Notes: generated from the letters alone by a model not told the origin. A stretch of DNA of 64,000 nucleotides from Octopus vulgaris (GCA_951406725.2 OX597814.1:116064001-116128000), one strand, 5' to 3'. Counted from the first letter of the stretch, positions 11,963 to 26,181 are shown. Translations and numbers: made by a program.

Positions 11963-13051
11963 TTATACAGAGATATTTGTTGTTTTCTTACTGACCATAT
12001 CTAAGTCCTTTTCTATTACAGCTGCCACCGCTTCCACTAAATCATCCATTTCGATTTCTTCTTTGACATCTCCTGGAATCATCTCTTTTATAACGTCTTC
12101 GTATTTCTTGACCTTGTCTTCATGTTTCGCTTCTTCGTGCACTTCCTTGTATACACTGAATATATCTGATAGCAATATTCCAATCATTAGTATATTCTTT
12201 AAAATGAAGATGGAAAATTTCTCATTAAACAGTCCCCAAAGCACCAAGCGTACGCTGATAAAAAGCAAGTTGATTAATACAATCTGAATAACTTTCTGAG
12301 TGAAAACGAGGCGTCGAAACATATTACTTGTGTGCGTGCGACCTCTGTGAATAACGACACATGGAAGTATGGGTAAAGTCAAATTAATAACAACGATTCC
12401 TAGTACTAGTCTGATAATATTTACGTGTAGGTGATTTGCTTTTTCCTCTTCGTAAAGTAACTCCATTAAGTCCATTGTATCAAGCAAATCAATTGGTACG
12501 GTGGCCCCAACTTCGTGAATGAAATTCTTCATCTTGCGGCTGGTTGATTTGTGAACGTTTGACATAATCATGAAGAAGAATATGAGGGATGTAAAACCAA
12601 CGGCTGCTTGACTTGTGCTCATACTTGTTAATGTGTTCTTTTGCCATTTTGATTTGAACTGAGGAACTGATGTAAAAATAAGGATTATCTTTAACGCTGT
12701 TACAGAACTGTAAATAAACCAGGCAAATGGCCCCCAAGGAAATAATTTCAGTTTAGTTTTATTGCTTTTCATTCCAGGCACTGGTTTCGTCCTCACCTCT
12801 TTCGTAAATATAAAGTAATGGTAGTTTCTAATGAAATAAGTGGCAAATAAAAAGATTGCCAGGAAGTCTGGAACCAATAAACACCACCAGATATTGTTTT
12901 CTTTGTATTGAACTACAAGATAATCCATGTAAAGTGTTTGTGCAACGATCAGAAGAATGCAAAGCACCCGGGTGGAAATATGGTAGAATGATTGCCAAAA
13001 GTGCAGACAGCTTTTTCGGGTTGGCATATTAGTTGCAGCATTCGATGGAAG
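11963..13051 (-). CDS. TMEM121: Multi-pass membrane protein, TMEM121/CECR6 family, main coding exon
   Basis: Long non-repetitive ORF with about 6 hydrophobic segments ([76 protein letters not shown]) matching the family pattern from memory. Polypyrimidine tract plus TTTCAG acceptor ends at 13052. Internal ATG at 13027 (MPTRKS) would give 354 aa. Confidence 0.8.
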   Translation of the reverse strand, partial: LPSNAATNMPTRKSCLHFWQSFYHISTRVLCILLIVAQTLYMDYLVVQYKENNIWWCLLVPDFLAIFLFATYFIRNYHYFIFTKEVRTKPVPGMKSNKTKLKLFPWGPFAWFIYSSVTALKIILIFTSVPQFKSKWQKNTLTSMSTSQAAVGFTSLIFFFMIMSNVHKSTSRKMKNFIHEVGATVPIDLLDTMDLMELLYEEEKANHLHVNIIRLVLGIVVINLTLPILPCVVIHRGRTHTSNMFRRLVFTQKVIQIVLINLLFISVRLVLWGLFNEKFSIFILKNILMIGILLSDIFSVYKEVHEEAKHEDKVKKYEDVIKEMIPGDVKEEIEMDDLVEAVAAVIEKDLDMVSKKTTNISV

Positions 13052-13469
13052 CTGAAATAAAGATAGAAAATAAAGATATAAAAAAGGTTTTAGAATAAAA
13101 CAACAGGATAAAACGTAAATAAAAAGCAACAGAAATAATGAGTTGGTAATAATGTGTGAAGTATTTGCTTGATGGTGATGAGTGTCTGGCCTAAGGATAC
13201 AAGTTAAACAAAAATATTATTTTGACTGTAAACAAGATGAATTTATTTTTATAGTGAGAGACTGAGTGGCACCTATTATATTTTGAGTATTTATTTTTAC
13301 ATCAATCCAGAAGAACTGACGGAAAAAATAACGACCGGGAAAAAAACAAAAAACAAAAAAAGAATAAACGCAAAGATTTCTAGTCAGAAATGTTTGACAT
13401 TGAACGAACACACCGTAATACATCACATTTACTACCCCTTCTATCATCTGCATTATCTTCCCTTATCAA

Positions 13470-13525
13470 GACAATAACAACAACAACGAAGACAACGACG
13501 ATGACGACAGCTGCTGCTGCTGCTG

Positions 13526-13617
<92 letters not shown>

Positions 13618-13630
13618 TTTGTTGTTGTTA
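13470..13630. repeat. Compound (CAA)/(CTG)/(CTA) trinucleotide repeat
   Basis: Direct inspection. A second CTG/CTA tract lies at 13823-13871. Confidence 0.9.
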
Positions 13631-13832
13631 AGCAACAAGACGGGTAAGGGTGATTAGGTGATGGTCTAGGGCTTAGGGGCGGGAGACCCCAGATCTTGGA
13701 AAAAGAATCAAACTTTGGTCGTCTTGTTGTAGTCGAGGGCTCTTCGTTGACGTCCGACACCACTGGGAAGTAGCCGTCGAAGTCGCTGGAAATGGAGATC
13801 TCCAGGTCCAAATTCTTGAACGGCTGCTGCTG

Positions 13833-13870
<38 letters not shown>

Positions 13871-13984
13871 GAAAGTAATTTCTAATATCGGAACACAGTC
13901 GTACATTTTTTTATTTGTTAAATAGTTGAATTTAGAGAAAGAGACATTGCCAGTGACATTTGCAGACTTTCCGAGGCCGGTGAC

Positions 13985-14330
13985 TATGTTCAATTTAAAC
14001 CGTAGCAACTGCAGGAAGGGCATGTGTCGAGAGAAGAGTCCAGTGGGATGATGTTTTGGAAAGAAAGGACCGGGAATAATGGTTAGTGCGGGGACTGAGG
14101 GAGTTGGATGCACAGAATGTGACGAGAGATGGAGGCACGAGTGGGTCGGAAGTGCCTGAATGTTAGAAGTACGAGGTCAGTCAGCTCGGAGGAACTGATG
14201 CCATTATTATAGCGATATCCAAGATATAGGAACAATATTCTATTACGAGCTTCACTTGAGCCTTGTTGAGAGTCAGCTGTTGTCTAGGATTGAAATATTG
14301 TATAATGAAACCAAGTAAATATCACGAAGT
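13985..14330 (-). mobile_element. Degraded CR1-group LINE ORF2 C-terminal fragment
   Basis: Minus-strand peptides QYFNPRQQLTLNKAQVKLVIEYCSYIL (cf. LLxLYKAQVRPxMEYCSxIW) and PRTNHYSRSFLSKTSSHW (cf. RTxxxxxSFxPRTxxLWN), interrupted by stops and frameshifts. Confidence 0.65.
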
Positions 14331-15164
14331 TCTTCAAATGATGCATCCACTGTCTTCATTATTTTTATTTTTAGAAAACCAGTTAATTATTTTGTAAATG
14401 GCATTTATTCAAAATTTGATTCATGCATAGATATGTAAATTGATCGTCTAAAAAAATTTGGCGATAAAACATATTCAGAAAGCTGAAGTATTTAGGCTTA
14501 TACAACCAAGAAGACAATGTTAGGTACAAGATTGGTCTTGTGACTTCGTAATTTGATTCGCTACTAACTTCTTGCCTATGGAACTTAAGTCTTTATAGAG
14601 CCGTAGGGGCGTCGTTGTAATGTACGGCGTAGCTCGAAAAACTTTAGATGTAGTGGAGTCTATCTAACTACGAGTTAGTGACAGTCAATATCTTTCGGAA
14701 TGACAGATAGACAGAAATAAGAGCAAAGAAGCGTTCGAAGCACAGGACAAGTACTTTATTCATCGACTCCGAAGAATAAGAGGCAAAATTGACTTCAACT
14801 GTATATGACCTCAGAACGAAGAGAACTGGAACATATACCACAAGGTAAAAGATCTCTAATTTATGATGTCTGCTAGTTCTTCTTAGTATAAATTTGAACG
14901 ATGTTAATAAATTCTAACAATGACTTCTAACATTAACACAAATAAGGGGATTGTGTAGCAGTTCATATCAACAACATCAACATACAAGTTCTTTATTGTT
15001 CTTTAAATTACCGACACTGAAATAAAGAAAACTACACTTGATTGGGGCAGGATTCGAAAAGAGCTGCAAGTCAATAAGAAGTAGTTTGTCCAAAGCTGCA
15101 ACGATTCAAGCAGTTCACTGTTTTTAATGTTAGGTGTATTATATGGAATATAATGTAAATGCAG

Positions 15165-15252
15165 GCGACCCAACAACATAGTTTCGAGTTCAGGCTCACT
15201 ACGTGGCACCTTGGGAAAATTTCTTACGAAAACTAAAAGAAGCCCATCATAT

Positions 15253-15286
<34 letters not shown>

Positions 15287-15690
15287 GTACACGCGCGCGC
15301 ACACATACACACATAGACACGTGCTATGCTTGCGTACTGTCTCCAATATAAAGCCGGTTCACCATATTCATAACAGTTAGTTACTAACAAAATGCAACAT
15401 ATCAGGTATTGAAACCATCCTCACCAAAATACAGCTTAGATGGTCGGGTCGTCTTTCACGTATGAGTGATATCAAGTTTTGTGTCTGTGCTTGCCCCTCG
15501 CCATCGCTTTTCAACCGGTGTTGGCGTGTTTACGTTCTCGTAATTAGTGGTTCGGCAAAATACAAAACAGATGGAAAAATTACCAGGCTTAAAAAAGTAC
15601 TTGGGCCGATTCTTTCAACCAAAATTCTTCAGAGCGGTACCTCAGCATGGCCGAAGTCTAATGACTGAAACAAGTAAAAGTTAAAAGATA
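15165..15690 (+). mobile_element. Degraded, interrupted SINE family C
   Basis: GTGGCACCTTGGGAAAAT (~15203) and 3' part CCGGTGTTGGCGTGTTTACG..CAGCATGGCCGAAGTCTAATGACTGAAACAAGTAAAAG. Confidence 0.65.
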
Positions 15691-15959
15691 CCACAAAAAT
15701 AAATACCCAACCCACCAAGAAATAAAAAAAAAGCAGTATAAACTACCAGCCATTGCTCACATGAAGGTTTTCAGTCGTCACCCCAATAAACCCCACATCT
15801 AATGATTCACAGCATGCGACCCATTACGTTTTTGGATATTATGAGTTTACCGGTCTCATTTGACTCGCTTGTTCCATATTAGGGGCTATATCGGCTCGGA
15901 GAAACCTCTTCATATTTTAACCTTTCTACTGCTAGGAACGAGGAATAAAAGTTTTTTTG

Positions 15960-16138
15960 GGGAGGTGAGCCAGACGAAGACTTCGACCTCGATGTTTAGC
16001 TGGTAATTATTTCATCGACTATGAAGGGATGAAGTCAAAGTCGACCTTGGCGGATTTTGCACGCAGAATGTAAAGACGGACGAAATGTTTCTAAACAGTT
16101 TATCCGGCATGTTATTGATTCTGCTAATGCGCCGCCTT
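15960..16138 (-). mobile_element. Degraded SINE family B
   Basis: GAAGGGATGAAGTCAAAGTCGACCTTGGCGGA..GCGCCGCC. Confidence 0.6.
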
Positions 16139-16819
16139 GCATACTTTAAATAGCATGATCTGAAAAAAAAATGAAGCGGTCTTGGCTAGAACAACTTTTG
16201 ATATCTGTAGGCTTGCCTGACCAAGTTTGACCCGGGGATAAACAACAACAGCAACATTATATTTGAAGGTAGAAGACGAGATGGTCATGGTCAAGTTTTA
16301 TCTAGGGTTAAAGAACAACAACGACAGCAAAAACTATGTCCGAAAGCAATAGACGAAATGGTCATGGCTAGAAAACTTTTGATATCTATAAGCCTGCCCG
16401 AAGAAGTCTGACCTGGGGTTATAAACAACATCAATAACAACAACAGCAGCATCAGAAACAACAAGAAGAAGGCTATTATAACCCTCTTGGCGGTAGTGGT
16501 GGTTGTAAATTTAAACAAAGTTTTTATTGTTTAATACTGAAACACAAAGAAGGTAGTGCATGGTCTCAAGCGAGCAAACATTGAGATAGCTCGAAGAATG
16601 ATTATCCTCGCCTCGCTGGCTTGTCTTTAGTGGTCAGCGTAAAAAAAAACAGAGTATGTAATGACACCGAGGTAAATGGATATGCTATAGCCTCTCTCTC
16701 TTACACACACACATGCATAGGCACACATACACGCACTAACACACTCGCGTGCGTACACATATATACATTCATACATCTTATACAATATATATCATTAAAA
16801 CATAGATATGAATATATAT

Positions 16820-16858
<39 letters not shown>

Positions 16859-16956
16859 CATATGCTATAGTATAATATATATTATATACATATATGTATT
16901 ACGTAATGTATATTTTGATACATATATAATACCATATATATATACATAAATATATG

Positions 16957-17230
<274 letters not shown>

Positions 17231-17737
17231 ATGTATGTATATCTGTGTGTCTGTCTCTCTGTTTTACTGTGTGTGGGTGTATGCGTGGATATATATCTAA
17301 ATAATACTTTACTAACATTCGACAAGAGTGTGGTGTTATAATCGATAATAACACCCGAGTAGTGTAACGGAATAAATGTCATAGAATATTTAGTTCCATC
17401 CCAGTGCATCTGATGTTAAAATTCCGATATTATTGACTTCACATCTTCCCACCGACCAAGTTTAATACTGCACCTACCAGTAATATACTGGGTCGATTCA
17501 AACGACTCTAATGATCCTCTATACAACACGCCTTACGCCTAACTAGAGAAAAAAATCAATATAAGAAAGAACCAAATATAAATTATCCCCAAAAAGCCAA
17601 CGTAAAACTATTATGAATCATATATCTGACATGATTTATGGCTAGAGTAGTTAAAACTGATAGACGTATTAAGTTCAGAGCACAGGTTTTTTCCTATATA
17701 CTTTATGATATAATATATAACAGATAACATTACAATC

Positions 17738-17967
17738 GATATATATATATATACACGCATATATATATGTATGCGCTTATATATATATATACGCACATAT
17801 ATATATATGTGCTTATATATACACATATATATGTGCTTACATATATATATATATATATATAAATATATATATGTATATATATATATACATGTATATATAT
17901 ATGTATATATATATATATAAATATATATATGTATATATATATATGTATATATATATGTATATGTATA

Positions 17968-18045
<78 letters not shown>

Positions 18046-18120
18046 TGTGTGTCCCATGTACGTATAAAATGTACATATATGTGTGTGTATGTATGTGTTT
18101 GTGTGTGTGCGTGTGTATGT
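17738..18120. repeat. Long TA-rich microsatellite
   Basis: Direct inspection. Confidence 0.9.
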
Positions 18121-18331
18121 GCTGTCTTCGTCACAAGTTTTATTCTCAAGGTTAAACGATGCTATTAACTTGTATGAACACTTCTCAAAAATAGTCTCCA
18201 AGCGGTCAGCGCAATCACTAATGGCTTAGACAACACTCCCCGATTACATTCAATAAAGTATATATTTTCATTCTCTCCTTTTTATCTTTTCCCTCTCTCT
18301 CTCTCTCTCTCTTACTCCCCCTCTCTCTCTC

Positions 18332-18385
<54 letters not shown>

Positions 18386-19094
18386 AATTAGTCGACACTT
18401 ACCGATAAAAACACCCATGAGCACATACATATGTTGGAGAATATCTATCTATGTATATATAGTTATGTTATGATTTTACGCCGCTGTACATAGACACACA
18501 CGCATATGTTTGTACATACACATATATACCTTTGTGTTTCTGTGTGTATCTATACATGTATATTTATATATTATAGCGGGGTAGGCCGGTTTATGGGGTT
18601 ACTCTGGCTTTCCCGCTTTTCAGTGTATAAAATAAATACATGAATGCAAGAAGCTCAAAGCCATCTCCTTTCGTCGGTCGGTTAAACAGATTATCAACTA
18701 TTACCCGTCATATGTCAGACAATAGCATTTTAGTCCATAGTTACCAAGGGAGAGAAATACAATAACATCCTAGTTATCTCGCTTTGGCGCTTGGTGAAAC
18801 AGCGAAATGGAAACAGACGGGCAGTTATATAATACAACTGATGGCAGTATTCTGGTCGTGCTCTGATATGTGTGAGCGTATTTAGTAACAGCACTGCCGC
18901 ATGTAGCCGAGTAGTACTCTCAGATAGAAGGAAATTATCTGTTGTGGAGTGTTTACAAACGTTTCGGTCCTAAAGTGGAACCGCAGTCCTTCAGTTGAAG
19001 ATATCACTGTTTGCAGGATTGGACGCATTAGAAAACATGAAGCTCCCATCATATGGCATACATAAGATAATTATTATTCTTTTATTCTTTAACA

Positions 19095-19283
19095 TCAGTG
19101 ATCTGACTGCGGCCGTGCTGGAGCACCGCCTTTTAGTCGAACACATCGATCCCAGGACTTATTCTTTGCAAGCCTAGTACTTATTCTATCGGACTCTTTT
19201 TACAGAACCGCTGAGTTATGAGAACGTAAACACACCAGCATCGGTTGCCAAGCGAAGTTGGGGAGACAAATACAGACACACAA

Positions 19284-19334
<51 letters not shown>

Positions 19335-19515
19335 CACACACACACATATACAGATATACGACCGGCTTCTTTCAGTTTCCGTCTACCGAATCCACTCACA
19401 AGGCTTTGGTCAGCCTGAGGCTTTAGTAGAAGACACTTGCCCAAGTTGCCACGCAGTGGGACTGAACCCGGAACCATGTGGTTGGTAAGCAAATTACTTT
19501 CCACACACCCACTCC
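19095..19515 (-). mobile_element. SINE family C
   Basis: Near-full reverse copy with internal (CA)n/(TA)n. Confidence 0.85.
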
Positions 19516-19596
19516 TTGATAACTTTTATCACATTTCTTGGTGATTATACAAAAGGATGAAATAAATACACATTTCTAAAGGAAAATATCATTGTT

Positions 19597-19806
19597 CTAT
19601 ATTTAAGAGATGAGGAATTATATACGTTATTTACATTATTTACATTTGACAGATATTTGTCCTCATCTTGTTTGTTGTTAGCACAACGTTTCGGCTGATA
19701 CACCCTCCAGCCTTCATCAGGCTGGAGAGTATATCAGCCGAAACGTTGTTAACAATAAACAAGATGAGGACAAATATCCGTCAAATGTAAATAATTTAAA
19801 TAATGA
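19597..19806. mobile_element. Fold-back hammerhead element, family H1 copy 2
   Basis: Same arms as 1021-1248 but a different centre. Minus strand has the intact core CTGATGA(19720-19714)-aGGCTG gagggtgtat CAGCC-GAAACGTT. Confidence 0.85.
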
Positions 19807-19971
19807 AAGTATTATTATCTTCATATATAAATAGAACAAATTTCTCCATGTTTACGTTTGCAATGAATATACGTAATTACTTTTCTAAATTTTCTCAACA
19901 TAATTGCCATCCATATCTTCGATAATCTATCTCAGCAAAATTTGTCGTTTACCTCCCCGTCGTCGACGTTA

Positions 19972-20157
19972 TCTTCTTCTTCTTCTTCCTCCTCCTCCTC
20001 CTCCCCCTCCCCTCCCTCCTCCTCCTCCTCCTCCTCCTCCTTCTTCTTCTTCTTCTTCTTCTTCTTCTTCTTCTTCTTCTTCTTCGTCTTCTTCTTCTTC
20101 TTCTTCTTCTTCTTCTTCTTCTTCTTCTTCTTCTTCTTCTTCTTCTTCTTCTTCTTC
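19972..20157. repeat. (TTC)n/(TCC)n trinucleotide tract
   Basis: Direct inspection. Confidence 0.95.
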
Positions 20158-20566
20158 ACGTCGTCCTCCCCCTCCTTCTCTGTTTCCTTGATTTGCTTTT
20201 CTCTCACTGTGTGTGTATGTAGCATTACTTTATTCATTGCCTGCCACCAAGCTTAGTATGTGCGCGTATCCTGCAACTTTTATGTTAACCCTCTGTGGAT
20301 CTCTCTCTTACTCTGTCTTTTCCTTCTCTCTCTCTGTACTGTGACTGGGGAATTTAATCAGCTAAACATCCAACCACCTACCCACCCAACCAACCAACCA
20401 ACCAACCAACCAACCAACCAACCAGCTTTTATGTCGGCTAATATGACATAAAGAATGAAATAAATAAACGAAAATCCCGCTCCCACCATCAATAAATAAA
20501 TAAATAAACAAATATATGTATACATATACACACATACATATATATACACACAATTAATTACTGCAA

Positions 20567-20731
20567 GGTGCAGGAGTGGCAGTGTGGTAAGTAGCTTGCT
20601 TACCAACTATATAGCTCCGGGTTCAGTTCCAATGCGTGGCACCTTAGGCATGTTTCTTCTACTATAGCCTCGGGCCTACCAAAGCCTTGTGAGTGGATTT
20701 GGTAGGCGGAAACTGAAAGAAGCCCGTCGTA

Positions 20732-20786
<55 letters not shown>

Positions 20787-20988
20787 TTATGTTTGTGTGT
20801 CTGTGTTTGTCTACCCCAACATCGCTTGACAACCGATGCTGGTGTGTTTACATCTCCGTAAAGTAGCGGTTTGGCAAAAGAGACCGATAGAATAAGTACT
20901 AGGCTTCCAAAGAATAAGTCCTGGGGTCGATTTGTTCGACAAAAGTTGGTGCTCCAGCATAGTCAAAACAAGTAAAAGAGTAAAAGGG
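20567..20988 (+). mobile_element. SINE family C
   Basis: GGTGCAGGAGTGGCAGTGTGGTAAG..GGCACCTTAGGCATG..(TA)n..AAGTAAAAGAG. Confidence 0.85.
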
Positions 20989-21502
20989 TATATATATTTC
21001 GAAATAATTACTAACTTCTGTCATTGAAATAAAGCCAGAAATTTACATGGAAGTGGTTCCATATATTATCGGCAGCGACTGTATCGATGACTGGAGGGCG
21101 AAAGAGAAAATCGATATGAGCGGGAAAAAATCAATACGGGCGGGACATATGATGCTCTAGTTGATTACTACAAGGTATCATATCCGATGTCCTCCTCATT
21201 CCAATCCACCGCTAATGTAAAAGTATGCATTAGTTGTAGCAGTAGTCGTAGCTCTTATTTAGCCCTAGGTCATCCCTAATCCAGTAAACCTATAATCGCT
21301 AAACGTTTCAAGCGTGACCATTTTGTAGGTATTATATTGTCCTATGTATTCAATTATTACAGGTGTGTGTGTGTGTGTATGTGTGTGTGTTATCTAAGGT
21401 AATTTGACGGCTATTTCTAACATGTAAAGAGCCTACGTAGAGACTCCTACATTGGATCCTTTGTCCCCTCACTGTTTCGATATCAAATTGCGAGATATTG
21501 GC

Positions 21503-22390
21503 TTAACCCTTTCGGTATCAAACTTTCAACGTTCGATATGAAACCGTTTGACACCGACCCTATGATAAAGCCTTACAGTTTTAAAGACATCTAAATTAAA
21601 ACTTTCCACCGAAATTCCTGTTAAATTTATGTTCCAAACTTCAGCTTAATAACGAGAAGGTAATTTTCATGAATTTGTCATGAATTTCGAAATTAATTGA
21701 AACAAAATTCAGTGCATTTAAACGAAAATATATGAGAAGGGTTAACGCGTTTGATGCTAACCTTCTAGAGATCACTCCTGGTTCTCTGAAGTAATCTAAA
21801 TTATCTGTTTTGATACCAACTGTTTGATCCTCACTTGGGTTTATGATACAAATTTCCTACTTTAAAATCACCGAACTTAAAAACTTCCCTCAAGATTTCC
21901 TGTTAAATTTATGAACCAAACTTCAGCTTAATAACGACAAAATCATTTTCTAAAATTTTCATTACTTTCAAAATTAATTAAAATGGAAATCTCTCTATAT
22001 ATAAAGCTGAAGTTGTTTGTGTGTGGCAGGTTTGGTAGCCTTCAACTAACACTATCTCCTCCGAGACCCTGCAATGCAAGTTGGTCAAAATTGAGAGTAG
22101 AAGATAAAATTCAGATAGGACCATGTTAACACCAAAAATTATTTACATAAGAAAGGTGCTTTTTTACTATGAAAATCCTTATTTTTTACGATTTTTTGAC
22201 TGCTGTGTCGCCATTTTTCGGTGTATTTCAACCAGAAAAATGTTCACTTAAAGAGATTAACAAGCTACATAATGCAAAATTTTTACTTTTCAAAAATTCC
22301 AATTCTAGAGGGTCGAAACAAACCCGAGCAATGCCGGACGATACTGCTAGTAAAATAATAAAAATAATATGATAAAGAAAAAAGGCTTAA
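21503..22390. mobile_element. Tandem TTAA-bounded MITE-like units (piggyBac-like termini); second unit interrupted by a Helitron
   Basis: TTAACCCTTT(21503)..AAGGGTTAA(21745). The core TTCCTGTTAAATTTATG..CCAAACTTCAGCTTAATAACGA recurs at ~21615 and ~21897. Confidence 0.55.
21990..22350 (+). mobile_element. Non-autonomous Helitron
   Basis: A|TCTCTCTATATATAAAG start, subterminal hairpin CCCGAGCAATGCCGG, CTAG|T end, no TSD. Homologous to 52802-53172. Confidence 0.85.
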
Positions 22391-22879
22391 AGTACGCTGA
22401 GCGCTAAACAAATGTTATTTTCTTACATTAATCCAGAGTTTCACAAACATACACACACAGACACACACATCGTCCTTCGACGTAGTAGAATTACCAGTCC
22501 CAACAAGTCGAGGTTCAAGATACGGCTTGTAATATCCATCCTTTCGATCACTGAATGCAAAACTTGGCTCGCAAGATCACATTCGTTTGAGTGATTTTCA
22601 GGAGTCATTGTTTCGCCCTTGTACGCCAATCCGTGGCAATGTTAGCCATTTATAGCTGAGGGAAATTGAGTAACGTGAAACGGGAGGTTTTGTTTAAAAA
22701 CAAAACGTACGACCGGTCTGGGAATCGAAAGCCCGATCTCACTACCGTGAGTACAACACCCTAACCGCTACCCACAGAACTATCAATCCAAAACGTGCTA
22801 GAAGGCGCGGGGATGGGGCGGTATCAAGTATTACGCAGGCAGTATAGCTGATATACTTCTGTAATTGATCTAAAATGGT

Positions 22880-23075
22880 GTGTATGGTCGTGGTACTCCA
22901 TCGGTAACGACGACGAGTATTCCAGTTGATCTGAGCAACGGAACAGCCTGCTCGTGAAATTAATGTGCAAGTGGCTGAGCACTACACAGACACGTGTATC
23001 CTTAACGTAGTTCTTGGGGAGAATCAGCGTGACACAGAATGTGACAAGGCTGGCTCTTTGAAATACAGGTACAAT
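22880..23075. mobile_element. Interspersed repeat fragment (probable SINE body or tail)
   Basis: GC-richer GGTACTCCATCGGTAACGACG..GTGACAAGGCTGGCTCTTTGAAATACAGG abutting a SINE A head. Recognised from memory as a common octopus repeat; no second copy here. Confidence 0.4.
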
Positions 23076-23078
23076 AGA

Positions 23079-23272
23079 GTGGAGACGTAATGGCCTAATG
23101 GTTAGGGCAGCAGACTCACGGTCGTAAGAACGTGGTTTCGATTCCCAGACCTGGCATTGTGAGTGTTTATTAAGCAAAAACACATAAGCTCCACGAGGCT
23201 CCGGCGGGTCTGGTGGTGATCCCCGCTATACTCTTTGACCACAACTTTCTCTCACTCTTTCTTCCTACTTCT
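23079..23272 (+). mobile_element. SINE family A (5' part)
   Basis: GTGGAGACGTAATGGCCTAATGGTTAGGGCAGCAGACTCACGG..GGTTTCGATTCCCAGACC. Confidence 0.8.
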
Positions 23273-23559
23273 GCCACAAAGCAGAGGACCCATGGTGTAA
23301 CCCACTATGGTGTTGTAAACTTTCAGATCCTAGTCTAGATTGCGAATCCTCTGTACCCAGGATGGTTCAGCTCTCCACCCGTTAAAAGCCACCGTTTACG
23401 GAATGAGGATAACAACGTAGCTTTCGCGCCCGTGCAACCGCCAGTCTATCGCGTGTGGTGGGTGGGTCTTCAAGTTGTCACACGCATTCTTAGTAGCTTA
23501 GAGGAGGCTCGAATTAGAGATTATTCTTTGTGGCTAATGGCGTGAGTGCTGATTGGAAG

Positions 23560-23772
23560 AAGAAGAAGGAACAAAAGAAACAGGAAGAAAGAGCTAGAGA
23601 AAATTGTGGTGAAAGAGTACAGTAGGGTTCGCCACAACCCCCTGCCGGAGCCTTGGGGAGCCTTAGGTGATTTCGCTCAATAAACATCCACAACACCCGG
23701 TCTGGGATATCGAAACCGCGATCCTACGACCGCGAATCTACGGCCTTAACCACTGGGCCATTGCGCCTCCAC
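23560..23772 (-). mobile_element. SINE family A (5' part)
   Basis: Ends ..CCTTAACCACTGGGCCATTGCGCCTCCAC at 23772. Confidence 0.8.
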
Positions 23773-24088
23773 TGTATATGATATATATACTATCAAATAC
23801 TATGTAGATAATGTGAGTAAGGAAAGTAAAGAAAGTTATGTAAATATTATGAGAGACAATAAACTCAGAGAAACCGCTGTTTACGAAAACAAATATTAAC
23901 CTGTGCCTAAATACACTCCAGCATAAATCTACTCATAATAAATAGTGTAATGAGAGGAGTAGGAGGGAGGAGAGGTATTTACCTAGATCTGTGTATATTA
24001 AATACCACATTTGTGCTACTCATGCACCTGCATAAGTAATGTGGTGTAAATTTATTCACCGCAAATATATACACACATACATATATTA

Positions 24089-24565
<477 letters not shown>

Positions 24566-24911
24566 GTAGATAGATGAATAGATTGATTAATAGATATATA
24601 TATAAATGCGCGCGTGTGTGTGTGTACATATATATATTATACACCACACACGCACAAACACTCATACATATATAAATATTCATGTATATAAATATATACA
24701 TATCACCAGCCAACTACTGGAGCAGTTCTTTCTCCCTCCCTCTCTCTTTTCAGTTGTCATATCTTTAATGGTTCAAGATAGGGAGATCTACGGCATACAC
24801 ATACATGCAGGTACATGCATATACATACATACGTATGTATATGTATATATATAGACACGTATGTATATATATGTATATATAAACTTATACATATATGTAT
24901 ATATATTTATA

Positions 24912-24950
<39 letters not shown>

Positions 24951-25156
24951 TATATACTGGTATATATATACACACACACACACACTCATATATATATGTA
25001 TATACATATATATATGAGATCATATGTACACGCATTTATGTTTATATATACATATGTATGCATATTGTACACACATACACACGCATACACACACGCGCGC
25101 AGAGACACACAATTATATACATATGTATACACATATATACACATACTTACATATAC

Positions 25157-25214
<58 letters not shown>

Positions 25215-25876
25215 GCAATAGACCCATGTAGATAGACATATGCACTTAACATAACACACTTCATCAAAGACGAATACATAATATTAATAAAAATATTAGA
25301 AAATAAAGTTAATTAACTCGAAGGCAAGAAAAGAATGTAAACGCCAACGAAATAATGAATTAATACACCGAACAAAAAAAAAATAGAGAAAAGAAAGAAC
25401 TGAAGGTATTCATGTTATTAATTGAACTACTTCAGAATTAGACTTTGTTTAAACCTGATGGCACATTACACATAACAATACTGGTATTACCTGATTACAT
25501 ATTTACAAATTTCCTTGAGCGATTTTGCAATAAAGTAGAGATTGACTGTTCATTCACAGACTTTTATGTTACACAGACTCATATAAAAATGAACATACAA
25601 AGATTAACACATTGACAAAGATAGTGGATATAACAAGTAAATATTATTTCTGTTACGAACTTGTACTGATACGTGGAGATATCGATAAAGTCTATATGAA
25701 GAATAACAAAAGAATATATTTGGAAGCGTTCATACACTAAAAAATAATCAAAAATGCATACAAATATGTAACTTTAAAGCAAACAGTTGCATAAAATATT
25801 GCTCAAATTAAGGTGTTTTTAATTATAAAATTATGAAATATGTATTATGTCCATATGTATGCATATGAGTATATAG

Positions 25877-26170
25877 GCGCAATGAAGGCGCAGTGAAGGC
25901 TAGAGCGTCGAGCTTACGATCGTGAGGTTGTGAGTTCGATTCCCGGGTTGTGCTCTTCAGACACTTTATTTCACGTTACTCCAGTTAACTCAGCTGTAGA
26001 AATGAGTGGCGATATCACTGGTGCCAAGCTGTATCGGCCCCTTTGCCTTTCCCTTGGATAACATCAGTGGTATGCATGGGCGACTGCTGGCCTTCCATAA
26101 GCAACCTTGCTCGGACTTGTACCTCGGAGGGTAACTTTCTAGGTCCCATGGTCATTCCTGACCAAAGGGG
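25877..26170 (+). mobile_element. tRNA-derived SINE, family D
   Basis: Head with GTGAGTTCGATTCCCGG B box, followed by the CORE-like AGACACTTTATTTCACGTTACTCCAGTTAACTCAGCTGTAGAAATGAGT. Confidence 0.6.
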
Positions 26171-26181
26171 ATCTAAGAATG

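Noticed and set aside
13052-13129. N-terminal 26 aa of the tracked 388-aa ORF
   Set aside because: Non-ATG start; the region is an intronic polypyrimidine tract and splice acceptor.
13380-14113. Minus-strand ORFs of 143 and 146 aa upstream of the main exon
   Set aside because: They are built from trinucleotide repeats and an out-of-frame decayed LINE fragment, with no family motif.
16175-16440. Two to three degenerate ~80-100-bp direct repeats ending in (CAA)n
   Set aside because: Too diverged to classify; likely tails of an old retroposon.
18955-19000. Hammerhead-like CTGAAGG..GGTTC/GGACC-GAAACGTT on the minus strand
   Set aside because: A9 is altered, there are extra bases before stem II, and stem I is poor; not supportable without homologues.
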